A model generated the notes under the pieces. That model was not told the DNA's origin. It did not search any database and was given only the letters and a program-made list of their open reading frames with translations. DNA of 64,000 bases from a virus (lineage: Duplodnaviria; Caudoviricetes), in the IMG/VR virus record IMGVR_UViG_3300044658_000017, positions 1 through 64,000 of that record, one strand, 5' to 3'. Made by a program: the position numbers and the translations under genes. Position 1 is the first letter of the stretch; each line of letters starts with the position of its first letter. Shown here in pieces: positions 1 through 7,984 of this stretch.

Positions 1-146
1 AGTACTTCATCAAAGTTAGTGGTTTGTTTGAGATTATTATCTTTAGCATACTTAATGCCATCATAATAACTAAACGAGGCAATGTGTAATGAAGGACTTT
101 CTACATCCTTATCTACTGTAATTTCTTTAGGTATAAGAGTAGACAT
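1..146 (-). CDS. Hypothetical protein, partial (runs off window start); MSTLIPKEITVDKDVESPSLHIASFSYYDGIKYAKDNNLKQTTNFDEV...
   Basis: Manual translation from ATG at 146, open to position 1; same strand as neighbouring genes. Confidence 0.6.
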   Translation of the reverse strand, partial: MSTLIPKEITVDKDVESPSLHIASFSYYDGIKYAKDNNLKQTTNFDEV

Positions 147-165
147 ATATTTAAGGTTTAGTGAC

Positions 166-294
166 TTAATTGGAAAGAGTCAGCCATACTAGCTTGGACA
201 GGCACCCACTCATACCAAATGGGTAACTAATAGGCTGAACTCTTTCAGGAAATTGATTACTATGGTCATGACGTAGACAGTAATCAATAATCAT
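166..294 (-). CDS. Small hypothetical ORF, 42 aa (MIIDYCLRHDHSNQFPERVQPISYPFGMSGCLSKLVWLTLSN)
   Basis: Manual translation; fills a gap in the minus-strand cluster; below the ORF-track cutoff. Confidence 0.3.
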   Translation of the reverse strand: MIIDYCLRHDHSNQFPERVQPISYPFGMSGCLSKLVWLTLSN

Positions 295-446
295 AGAATA
301 ATATATAATAGTATATACAGACTTGACTGATGTTAGTACTATTACTATTTATTCTAATTAGTTATATGACCTTTCATATAGATCATTAATCTGTTCTTCT
401 GTTAAGGTAATAGTAAGGTTAATTGATAATAACATAATAATTGAAA

Positions 447-542
447 TTAATAACCTAACATTCCCCATAATATAGGTCTAATTATCCACGATAAGATAAA
501 TGCACCGTCTATTGCTTTTAGGCTTATTATTAAGTATTCCAT
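447..542 (-). CDS. Small hydrophobic peptide, 31 aa (MEYLIISLKAIDGAFILSWIIRPILWGMLGY)
   Basis: Manual translation; ATG follows an A/T-rich leader just after the stop of the 558 ORF. Confidence 0.45.
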   Translation of the reverse strand: MEYLIISLKAIDGAFILSWIIRPILWGMLGY

Positions 543-557
543 AGAATTAAAATTTAG

Positions 558-836
558 TTACCTTTCAATAACGCATTTCATTGTAGTGGTATCAATATCA
601 TCTATCTTATGAGTTTTGAGATTAACCCATACTGTATCATCATATGATAATGCACCTGCTTGTTGCATATCTAATGATACATAAGTAATGGTATTATTCT
701 CTAATACCCTTGCTCTTACAGTAGGGTATAATGAAACTGTTTGATCTGATATAGATACACGACCACATGAAAATAATGCAGCCATACCAAGAATTAATAA
801 CCAGATTAGAATCCAGTATTTTGTTGTTGATTTCAT
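558..836 (-). CDS. Putative lipoprotein
   Basis: ORF track gives 558..884; the ATG at 836 gives MKSTTKYWILIWLLILGMAALFS-C, a basic N-terminus, hydrophobic stretch and lipobox-like LFSC. Confidence 0.6.
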   Translation of the reverse strand: MKSTTKYWILIWLLILGMAALFSCGRVSISDQTVSLYPTVRARVLENNTITYVSLDMQQAGALSYDDTVWVNLKTHKIDDIDTTTMKCVIER

Positions 837-973
837 AAAGCAAAGAGTTTGATTAATTAGTTTGATTACAAGAATATTCTCCAATAATATCGGGGATATG
901 ATGTATATCGGAGACTAATGAATATTCTATCAAAGATTAGTGAGGGTTAATAGGATAGGTGACAGATAAATAA

Positions 974-1001
974 AAAGAAGTAGAAGTTAATCTACTTCTT
1001 T
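974..1001 (-). terminator. Intrinsic terminator hairpin
   Basis: AAAGAAGTAGA / TCTACTTCTTT 11-bp perfect stem, 6-nt loop, T-run on the minus strand. Confidence 0.7.
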
Positions 1002-1077
1002 AATAACCAATTAGGTGTGCTTTGTTCAGTATAATAAGAGCAATGAATACCATTGGGATTGATATAGATAAACTCAT
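1000..1077 (-). CDS. Small hydrophobic peptide, 25 aa (MSLSISIPMVFIALIILNKAHLIGY)
   Basis: Manual translation; single TM-like stretch; stop abuts the terminator. Confidence 0.4.
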   Translation of the reverse strand: MSLSISIPMVFIALIILNKAHLIGY

Positions 1078-1115
1078 TAATTATAAACTTACCTATAATA
1101 TACTGATATTTGAAT

Positions 1116-1367
1116 CTAACTACCATATTTAAAGCCTTCAAGTTCTTCCTGTAATGCAGGTCTAAGTTCAGATTTTAATACCCACCTTGCTTCACTAGTA
1201 TTATAATAACATGCTTCACTTGATACGTTATTAAATTTAGCTTCTGTACATTGATTGGCTATATAGTAATTAGAACTACCAAGCATATAACCCCATGCAT
1301 ATATGTAGGGATATTGTGAGAACAATTCATGTTCATTATTCGGTATTTTCATCTGTGTTGTATCCAT
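1116..1367 (-). CDS. Hypothetical protein, 83 aa
   Basis: ORF track; overlaps the 3' end of repL as in an operon. Confidence 0.7.
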   Translation of the reverse strand: MDTTQMKIPNNEHELFSQYPYIYAWGYMLGSSNYYIANQCTEAKFNNVSSEACYYNTSEARWVLKSELRPALQEELEGFKYGS

Positions 1368-1899
1368 AACCTATTTGTGTATTTTGATTTTGATTTTGAT
1401 TTGGAATGTATTCATCAACTGGTTTCTTATTAGTTATATGTACTAAACTTACTTTAGATGCATTCTCTAAATGCTTGGCTGTAGTACATATTACAGTCAT
1501 TAGGTCACCTCTACGAATATAGAAGGGATTAACTACATATATATTAGGTGTTTCAGTTTTACATATTATACCTTTCTTTATTAAGGCATTAATAGCTACT
1601 CTATTACTTGAATTACCTTTAATATTAGGGTCACAATGCCATAAACAATTGTATTCTTTAAGTTCACACATAATACGTCTAATAACCAACCATTCTTGAT
1701 TACTACATTCCTTGATGAACTCATTTTCTGCCATTACAATTGGCTGCATTATCTTATTGCTTTTAATATCAGACTTAATACGTCTAAAAGCACCATTCTC
1801 AATAGTACTTGAGTATGGACTTGATTCTTGTGTCATTTGGCTATATTTAAAAAACCAGTCCGTTAAATTGTAATAAGTAGCCGATCTTTCTAGCTTCAT
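1336..1899 (-). CDS. repL: RepL-like (plasmid-type, winged-HTH) replication initiator
   Basis: C-terminal part ..AINALIKKGII.KT..PNIYVVNPFYIRRG matches the RepL/Rep wHTH signature (L.KKG.I....G.Y.VNP.Y..RG); RepL genes are known in crAss-like phages. Confidence 0.65.
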   Translation of the reverse strand: MKLERSATYYNLTDWFFKYSQMTQESSPYSSTIENGAFRRIKSDIKSNKIMQPIVMAENEFIKECSNQEWLVIRRIMCELKEYNCLWHCDPNIKGNSSNRVAINALIKKGIICKTETPNIYVVNPFYIRRGDLMTVICTTAKHLENASKVSLVHITNKKPVDEYIPNQNQNQNTQIGYGYNTDENTE

Positions 1900-1930
1900 A
1901 TTGGTATTTTACCGAATTTACGAATTTTTC

Positions 1931-1975
1931 TGCCGTAATACGGCAATTATTAGGCTATTTTGCCGTGTGACGGCA
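1931..1975. promoter_or_regulatory. Two tandem palindromic operator-like sites TGCCGT-N3-ACGGCA (1931-1945, 1961-1975)
   Basis: Read directly: tgccgt-aat-acggca and tgccgt-gtg-acggca, starts exactly 30 bp apart, 32-76 bp upstream of the repL start. Confidence 0.7.
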
Positions 1976-2229
1976 ATGAATTTTTTATGAATCCTTATTG
2001 GTATTGAGTTTCAGAAATAACCTCTTATATAGAGGTATAGAAATTGCTGATGGGGTAGGAAATACACAAATTGGCTATTAATAATAAATGTGAGCTAAAT
2101 TTAGTGGATTATGATAGGTGATAAAAAGTGGGCTTGGGGGTAGGTCATCTTACCCTAAATCTTACATAACAACTCATATGAAAACTGCAAGTAAAGATAT
2201 TCTTCTGTCCATTCTGTGAACAATATAAA

Positions 2230-2260
2230 ACCCAATGCAATCATGTAGACTGCATTGGGT
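2230..2260 (-). terminator. Terminator-like hairpin downstream of the 2268..2564 gene
   Basis: ACCCAATGCA / TGCATTGGGT 10-bp perfect stem; T-run on the minus strand. Confidence 0.65.
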
Positions 2261-2267
2261 ATAATAA

Positions 2268-2564
2268 CTACAGAGAAAACTCAATACTCTTAGCATTAAT
2301 CAGTATATGATTATAGTAAGGTTGAGGATTCGGATTCTTCTCGGTAGCTTCAGGAACTTCTTCACTAGACTTGATAGCTAATGTAGTTAAGTTGCTATTC
2401 TCTTTGATAGCTTTAACTACATCTTCATGTACTACAACAGCTAATCTACGGTTATTATCCCAGTATCTAAGCCATTGTGTAGGTTGATTAGTCTTAGGGT
2501 CAATACCTCTTACGAGATCAAGAGATACAATGTCAAGCTGTTGTTTAATCTGTGTGATAGTCAT
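2268..2564 (-). CDS. Hypothetical protein, 98 aa
   Basis: ORF track; A-rich leader on the minus strand; followed by a terminator. Confidence 0.8.
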   Translation of the reverse strand: MTITQIKQQLDIVSLDLVRGIDPKTNQPTQWLRYWDNNRRLAVVVHEDVVKAIKENSNLTTLAIKSSEEVPEATEKNPNPQPYYNHILINAKSIEFSL

Positions 2565-2625
2565 GTTAAATGTAATTTGAGGTTAAGTAATAAATGAATG
2601 TCAATAATTAGATGGGGTTAATAGC

Positions 2626-2724
2626 CTAGATTAGATTGAATACAAATGCATTGTATGCAATACCAGAGATCAGGGCTATTACAGCAAATGCTGCTACGTA
2701 ATCATAGAGTTTGTAAGTTTTCAT
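2626..2724 (-). CDS. Small membrane peptide, 32 aa (MKTYKLYDYVAAFAVIALISGIAYNAFVFNLI); first gene of the leftward unit
   Basis: Manual translation; basic N-terminus plus one TM-like helix. Confidence 0.55.
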   Translation of the reverse strand: MKTYKLYDYVAAFAVIALISGIAYNAFVFNLI

Positions 2725-2770
2725 TTGAGTATGATTTATGAATGATTAAATATCAAGAATTAGATAGGGT

Positions 2771-2861
2771 TGACAGACATAATATATGGTGCGATTCTAG
2801 TACTTTCTCCGGCAGTTCCGCCCTAGACTTGGCCAGTGTACACCATATATTATATATGTCA
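2771..2861. repeat. 21-bp inverted repeat (2 mismatches) enclosing a GC-rich inner hairpin
   Basis: TGACAGACATAATATATGGTG (2771-2791) vs CACCATATATTATATATGTCA (2841-2861); inner TCTAG/CTAGA and CGG-cagtt-CCG. Confidence 0.8.
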
Positions 2862-3236
2862 GCCAAAGAAATTCACCCTGCATTGCCTTGCCGGGGGAGC
2901 TTTTTCTTCAAAGATGAGTGGGGGGTGATAGGGGAGGTGGTTCACGTTAACACTTTGATACTTAAATTTCTATATAACAAAATTTATAAAAAATAAAAAT
3001 CCTGACCAAGTTAATGATCAGGACTTTGGGGATGGCTAAATCCTACTTTGGCAAAAATTCAAGTGATATGTGAAATGGCAATATGAAGATAAGAAAAAGC
3101 CCCTACATAAAGATGCCGGGGCCACACGTTTAGTTATGTCAAACAGAAAGTGTGTTTGATCGTGATCTGAAAACAGGAGTAAAGATAGGTATAAAAATAT
3201 AAAGGTAGAATTTTTAGAATTGTTCAGATTGATTTG

Positions 3237-3244
3237 TACATTTG
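3237..3244 (+). promoter_or_regulatory. Bacteroidota sigma70-type -7 element (TAnnTTTG)
   Basis: TACATTTG, 33 nt before the ATG at 3277; first of eight such intergenic or gene-proximal sites. Confidence 0.6.
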
Positions 3245-3276
3245 TGAAGAGTAGAACTTATAATCCCGACATTATG

Positions 3277-3585
3277 GAACTAGAGATAGAAGTACTATGG
3301 CATACTGATGATACAAAAGCACTTGCCAAGTCAGGAGTAGATTACGACCCTAATGAACTTGAAAGAAGGACTATGACTTTTTATAATATAGATGCCATAA
3401 GTCCTCATATATGGGATGATAATGACTTCTGTAATATACATGCTGGTGGAGATGCTTGGATAGCAGCTTATAACTATGAAGAGGTGAAACAAATGATAGC
3501 AGAAGCTAGACATAAAGCTATGATAGATTCTCATGTTGAATTATATAAAGCAGCAGAGTTTCTAATAAAGGAACATAAGAGATAA
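3277..3585 (+). CDS. Hypothetical protein (first late-block gene)
   Basis: ORF track 3220..3585 starts at TTG upstream of the promoter; ATG 3277 (MELEIEVLWH..) lies downstream of the -7 element. Confidence 0.75.
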   Translation, partial: ELEIEVLWHTDDTKALAKSGVDYDPNELERRTMTFYNIDAISPHIWDDNDFCNIHAGGDAWIAAYNYEEVKQMIAEARHKAMIDSHVELYKAAEFLIKEHKR

Positions 3586-3596
3586 ACTTACAGAGA

Positions 3597-3950
3597 ATGA
3601 CACCAATACAAAAGGTATTGAGACTTACAAAGTATGATTATTATGAGAAACATTTGTCTCTGGTTAATCCTTTGTTACCAATACAGTTAACTCCAATGGA
3701 GATTAAAGTTCTTAGTAGATTTATGGCTTTGGAAGGTGACATTGCACAGTATAGGTTTGGTACTGGTGCCAGAAAGATTGTGAAGGATAACTTAGGGTTG
3801 AGCACTGCCGGCCTTTCAAACTATATGGGTTCTTTGACAGAGAAGGGATTTCTAGTAAAGAGAGGAGAAGATCAAATGGATATTCTACCTATATTGTTTC
3901 CTGATAAGAGTGAACAAACTTATATGTTTAAACTCATAAACGTAGGATAA
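3597..3950 (+). CDS. Winged helix-turn-helix DNA-binding protein (MarR-like fold)
   Basis: LTPMEIKVL...ARKIVKDNLGLSTAGLSNYMGSLTEKGFLVK is a typical wHTH pattern. Confidence 0.65.
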   Translation: MTPIQKVLRLTKYDYYEKHLSLVNPLLPIQLTPMEIKVLSRFMALEGDIAQYRFGTGARKIVKDNLGLSTAGLSNYMGSLTEKGFLVKRGEDQMDILPILFPDKSEQTYMFKLINVG

Positions 3951-4093
3951 TGGAACATGGTTATTGTCAAGAAAGAATATACTGTGGCAGACAGATAACA
4001 ACAGTATTTGTTGAGTTTAGCAGATCATTCATAGTATGGAACAATTGGGATATAGTGGCTAGATTTAAAGTTAAATACTATAAACCTCGATAA
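3950..4093 (+). CDS. Small hypothetical protein, 47 aa (MEHGYCQERIYCGRQITTVFVEFSRSFIVWNNWDIVARFKVKYYKPR)
   Basis: Manual translation; ATG overlaps the upstream stop (TAATG), implying translational coupling. Confidence 0.55.
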   Translation: MEHGYCQERIYCGRQITTVFVEFSRSFIVWNNWDIVARFKVKYYKPR

Positions 4094-4177
4094 ATGTTCT
4101 GGTTCATATTTTCGTTACTAGTAGTTATTGCAATATTTTTCAACGATAGTAACGATGATTACTTTACCTTTGATTAA
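4094..4177 (+). CDS. Small membrane peptide, 27 aa (MFWFIFSLLVVIAIFFNDSNDDYFTFD)
   Basis: Manual translation; ATG immediately follows the previous stop; TM helix plus acidic tail. Confidence 0.45.
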   Translation: MFWFIFSLLVVIAIFFNDSNDDYFTFD

Positions 4178-4193
4178 ATCTGATTTGTAGCTT

Positions 4194-4538
4194 ATGATTG
4201 ACGTTAAAGACCTGATTCAAGAGTACTTTGAAAAGGTGGGTGGTAAGTACAACATAAGTTTTGAAAGGTTTAATGCTATATGTAGAGCACCTTTCATGTT
4301 CTTTAGAAAGCAGATGGAGGCACCTGATTTTCCAACAATACATGTGAAGTATTTTGGAAAGTTTACTGTCTTTCCGGGGAGTGCTAAGAATATGCTTAGA
4401 TTCTTAGAGTACAAGAAGGGAAAAGGTGAACTTACAGAAGAACAATTTGATGAACGAACAGTAAACCTTAAAGCATATATACATGACTTGGAAAGACAAG
4501 TTCCTGCTAGTTCTGACAGGGAAAAGACCCCTAATTGA
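4194..4538 (+). CDS. IHF/HU-like DNA-binding protein
   Basis: Helical N-terminus then IHVKYFGKFTV, resembling the IHF/HU GFGxF motif; such genes flank crAss-like capsid modules. Confidence 0.6.
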   Translation: MIDVKDLIQEYFEKVGGKYNISFERFNAICRAPFMFFRKQMEAPDFPTIHVKYFGKFTVFPGSAKNMLRFLEYKKGKGELTEEQFDERTVNLKAYIHDLERQVPASSDREKTPN

Positions 4539-4836
4539 TGTGTGGTTTTACGTACAGGGAAATATCCGGTATCATCTATACTACTCAAAGTTTAGATGGC
4601 TCCTCAGAAAGCATATTATAGAGCAGTTTGAGTTTAGACTGGAAAGAATGAAGCCGGCATGTTACTCAAATGGTGCTTGTATAGTATGTGGGTGTGAAAC
4701 TACCAAGTTACAGATGGCCAACAAAGGTTGTGAAGGAAATTGTTATCCAGCTTTTGTTAAAGCCGGTACTTGGAAACTCATCAAACAGAGAGCAAGGGAA
4801 ATATGGCCCGAACAAAATACAGAACTAAAGAAATAA
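4483..4836 (+). CDS. Cys-rich putative Zn-binding protein
   Basis: CYSNGACIVCGC...CEGNC cysteine cluster. Confidence 0.6.
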   Translation: MTWKDKFLLVLTGKRPLIDVWFYVQGNIRYHLYYSKFRWLLRKHIIEQFEFRLERMKPACYSNGACIVCGCETTKLQMANKGCEGNCYPAFVKAGTWKLIKQRAREIWPEQNTELKK

Positions 4837-4840
4837 ACTT

Positions 4841-5164
4841 ATGTTTACTTACACTTCACTGATTTTAGAACCTATGTCTCCATATCAGGAAGCTAAGATA
4901 GAGTTTCCTTATACTGGAGATATACAGATCACAGACCTTACGGCAAGTTGTGGTTGTAGTGTACCAACAAATGATAAGGAAAAGAAAGTAGTTAGAGTTA
5001 ACTTTACTGCACAGGAAATACCTCGGCATCTGGCACAGCAAGGACAGACTCATTATACAGCAGTAAAGATCATAAAGGTTAAGTATCACTTTGGAAATCC
5101 ACATGATTCACATGAACAAACACTACAGTTTACAGTATTAGTGAAGATGCCGGAGAAGAAGTAA
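4841..5164 (+). CDS. DUF1573-like Ig-fold protein
   Basis: ITDLTASCGCSVP matches the DUF1573 signature (I..V..SCGCT.P); beta-rich sequence. Confidence 0.65.
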   Translation: MFTYTSLILEPMSPYQEAKIEFPYTGDIQITDLTASCGCSVPTNDKEKKVVRVNFTAQEIPRHLAQQGQTHYTAVKIIKVKYHFGNPHDSHEQTLQFTVLVKMPEKK

Positions 5165-5274
5165 GAGATAAGAAGAGATTTTTAGAGGAATATGGGGGTA
5201 AGCACTTCGTGCATTGCCTCAGTATTTCAAACTTGAAGAGTAACCGTAACTCGTCCCACTGAAAACATTTAACT

Positions 5275-5859
5275 ATGGTTAATAGGCAGAATTTGTATGG
5301 AGTAATTCGTCCATTACTCTTTAATAACTCTTTAAAGCAGTCTCAGGTTGATGGCATAGAAGCTATATTAAAGGCTTGGGAAGTCAGTACTTATACTGAT
5401 ATTCGATGGTTAGCCTATATGTTAGGTACTACATATCATGAAACTGCAAGAACAATGCAACCAATAGAGGAATATGGTAAGGGTAAAGGCTATAAATATG
5501 GTGAAAAGATCAAACGTTCTGGTATAGCTTATATTCTACCTAATCAAATCTATTATGGAAGAGGTTTCGTACAGTTAACATGGTATGAAAACTATGAATT
5601 AATGGGAAGACTGTTAGGTATTGACCTACTTAACCACCCTGAATTAGCACTTAATGTAGATGTTGCCAGTAAAATTATGTTTGAAGGCATGACAAAAGGT
5701 GCTTCATCCTTTGGTGACTTCACCGGGAAGTGTTTAGAAATGTACTTCAACGGGAAAACCGAGGATTGGGTTGGTGCAAGAAAGATTATTAATGGTACAG
5801 ATAAAGCTGAAGTTATTGCAAGCTACTCAAAGACCTTCTACAAGGCATTAGCAGCTTAA
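5275..5859 (+). CDS. Endolysin, glycoside hydrolase family 19 (lysozyme/chitinase-like)
   Basis: LAYMLGTTYHET (catalytic E), YYGRGFVQLTW.ENY, L..HPELAL and ARKIING are GH19 phage lysin motifs. Confidence 0.9.
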   Translation: MVNRQNLYGVIRPLLFNNSLKQSQVDGIEAILKAWEVSTYTDIRWLAYMLGTTYHETARTMQPIEEYGKGKGYKYGEKIKRSGIAYILPNQIYYGRGFVQLTWYENYELMGRLLGIDLLNHPELALNVDVASKIMFEGMTKGASSFGDFTGKCLEMYFNGKTEDWVGARKIINGTDKAEVIASYSKTFYKALAA

Positions 5860-5874
5860 AATAATCCATGTAAT

Positions 5875-5936
5875 AGCCGTTTATATATCAATATAGACGG
5901 CTTTTTTATTGCCTTAAAGTGTAAAGATTAACTTTG
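5875..5936 (+). terminator. Intrinsic terminator (5875-5907) followed by a -7 promoter element TAACTTTG (5929-5936)
   Basis: AGCCGT-T-TATAT / ATATA-G-ACGGCT stem plus T6; promoter 30 nt before the ATG at 5966. Confidence 0.7.
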
Positions 5937-5965
5937 AATCTACATTCAACTTAAACTGAACCCTA

Positions 5966-7714
5966 ATGGCAGATATAAACAAGACCTTGCAATCAATAAT
6001 CAACACTCTTCAATGCTTAAAGAATCAAATAGGTGGAGAAGATGCTGTTACAGCAGTTAACAATGGTCTTATGATAAGTAATACTGGTGTAGTCCAGCTT
6101 GGTCAAGGTGCAGGTGATGCAGGTGACCCTGCTAAACTACTCAGTAATAGAATCATTCCTATGAATGATTTCTCATTTGATATGGGAGGTGGTTCTGATA
6201 TTACTTTAAATGCACATCCAAGTACCGATGCTGATAATACAAGTGTAATCTTACAACTAAGTACTACTTTTCAGCAGGCATTACTTCAATATGGTAATGA
6301 TACTTTTGGTGCTGGCTCGATAACAATCCATCCTATATCTGGAAAGGGTATACAGATGGATATTCTTGCCAGTGGAGGTATGCTTTCCATATTGTCAAAT
6401 GATTATGGTACAGGTGGATTAGGGCTATTTAACTTTCAGCAGGGAGCTATCAAACTTCAAGGTGATACTGCTGACCCCGGTGCTGGAAAAGTAGCCGATA
6501 TATTTGGTGCAATGTACTTTAACACTGCATTAAATGCTATAAGATATAGAGGTCTGGATGGATGGCATACTTTAGGAGGAGGTACTTGGGATAGTACTAT
6601 GGCAGCAAGTGCTGATCTTAGTACTAGTTATGTCACTACTATTGCTGATGGTAATAACTGGACAATTACAAGTACTTCAGGTGGTCTTGCAGGAATAACT
6701 TTACAAGTAAATAATACAGCAGATGGTGGAGCTATAGCAGCTTCTGCACCTAGTGCTAATGCTATATATGGAGAGACACAAAATTCTGTTGGAGTAAAAG
6801 GTGTAGCATTAACTACTGGTACAGGTTTAGTTGGTTCATCTATAGATGGTAATGGTTTATTTACTCAAAGTTCTAATGCAATGGCTTTGAGTGCTGAAAT
6901 ACACCCTGCATCAACTAATACCTTAGCTGCTATTGCTAATTACAGTAGAAATACACAGAGTGCAGCAGCTAATGGAATAGGACAGTTACATACATATAGT
7001 TTACAAGATTCAAGTGGTCAAAATATAGCAGGTCAGTTCTCTGTTCAATTAGATAATGTAACTGCTGGAAGTCAATCTAGTAGTATGGCTTGGTGGTTAA
7101 GAACTGCCGGTAGTGCATTAGTTAAAAGATCAAATCTTGATGGTACTGGTATATTGACATTAAGTGGTGATGTTAATACTACTCATACTAATGGAGCTAT
7201 GTTATCTTTTGAAGATACCACTGATAATACTATTACTGCTTCTATAGGTGTAGAATATAATGATTATTCTCTTGTACTTAGATCATCAGGTGGTATTATA
7301 ATGAGAGATCGTACTCAAATGATGGCTGGTGGAGTATATATAGCTGATACCCCAACTAGTACATTCCAGACAGTATGGGTTAATCCTACTTGGAATAATG
7401 CTGCTATCAAGTTTTCAGCATTTAGTATAAATCCTAATAATACTGCTTCAGCAGCAAGAGCTTCATTGTTTGTTGCAGCATTAAGTGGTACTCCAAAATT
7501 TCAAGTAACTAAGGAAGCCTTTTGTGGTATTGGATTAGGTGTTGACCCTAACCACTTCTTAGAGATTGCTGCTGGTACAGCAACAGCAGCACCAATAAGA
7601 TTGAATCCTGCTGGTGTATTATTAACTACTCCTGTAAATGGAGCATTAGAAACTGATGGTACTAATTTATACTTTACAGTTGGTGGTGTAAGAAAAACAG
7701 TTACTTTAACATAG
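5966..7714 (+). CDS. Tail fibre / receptor-binding-like protein, 582 aa
   Basis: G/S/T/N-rich beta repeats, short N-terminal coiled coil, C-terminal GALETDGTNLYFT motif; shares a repeat with the 7985 ORF. Confidence 0.6.
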   Translation: MADINKTLQSIINTLQCLKNQIGGEDAVTAVNNGLMISNTGVVQLGQGAGDAGDPAKLLSNRIIPMNDFSFDMGGGSDITLNAHPSTDADNTSVILQLSTTFQQALLQYGNDTFGAGSITIHPISGKGIQMDILASGGMLSILSNDYGTGGLGLFNFQQGAIKLQGDTADPGAGKVADIFGAMYFNTALNAIRYRGLDGWHTLGGGTWDSTMAASADLSTSYVTTIADGNNWTITSTSGGLAGITLQVNNTADGGAIAASAPSANAIYGETQNSVGVKGVALTTGTGLVGSSIDGNGLFTQSSNAMALSAEIHPASTNTLAAIANYSRNTQSAAANGIGQLHTYSLQDSSGQNIAGQFSVQLDNVTAGSQSSSMAWWLRTAGSALVKRSNLDGTGILTLSGDVNTTHTNGAMLSFEDTTDNTITASIGVEYNDYSLVLRSSGGIIMRDRTQMMAGGVYIADTPTSTFQTVWVNPTWNNAAIKFSAFSINPNNTASAARASLFVAALSGTPKFQVTKEAFCGIGLGVDPNHFLEIAAGTATAAPIRLNPAGVLLTTPVNGALETDGTNLYFTVGGVRKTVTLT

Positions 7715-7747
7715 TATCTTAAAAACCTTAAATAATAACTAGAGATT

Positions 7748-7966
7748 ATGTCAGCACAACAACAGATTACAATCGACAAAGTGGAATTTACTTCAACAGA
7801 GCTTAGTCAATTAGATGCTATTTTACAGGAAATTCCTTACAAACATGCAGTAAAAGTATTCGATTTTGTGAATGCTAAACTGAGAAAGATTGGTGAGGAA
7901 AAACTTGCAGAGTTACAAGCAGCTAAAGAAGATGCTTTGAAGGCAGTTCCAGCAGTTGAGAACTAA
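7748..7966 (+). CDS. Small helical protein, possible tail-fibre chaperone
   Basis: 72 aa between two fibre genes; ILQEIPYKHA..VFDFVN helical pattern. Confidence 0.45.
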   Translation: MSAQQQITIDKVEFTSTELSQLDAILQEIPYKHAVKVFDFVNAKLRKIGEEKLAELQAAKEDALKAVPAVEN

Positions 7967-7984
7967 CCTTAAACAAACTTTAGG

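Noticed and set aside
482-490. TTATCCACG, a one-mismatch DnaA box
   Set aside because: Single copy inside a small ORF, no cluster; expected by chance
1380-1403. (ATTTTG)3 microsatellite
   Set aside because: In-frame hexamer encoding NQNQNQ in the RepL tail; slippage would not shift the frame, so not a phase-variation switch
2792-2844. tRNA-like look (GTTCCG, ends in ACCA)
   Set aside because: No D or anticodon arms can be formed; the CCA is part of the inverted-repeat arm
2742-2996. 84-aa plus-strand ORF from the track
   Set aside because: It lies across the inverted repeat and G-tract, upstream of the first late promoter and is followed by a hairpin; composition is atypical, so likely spurious
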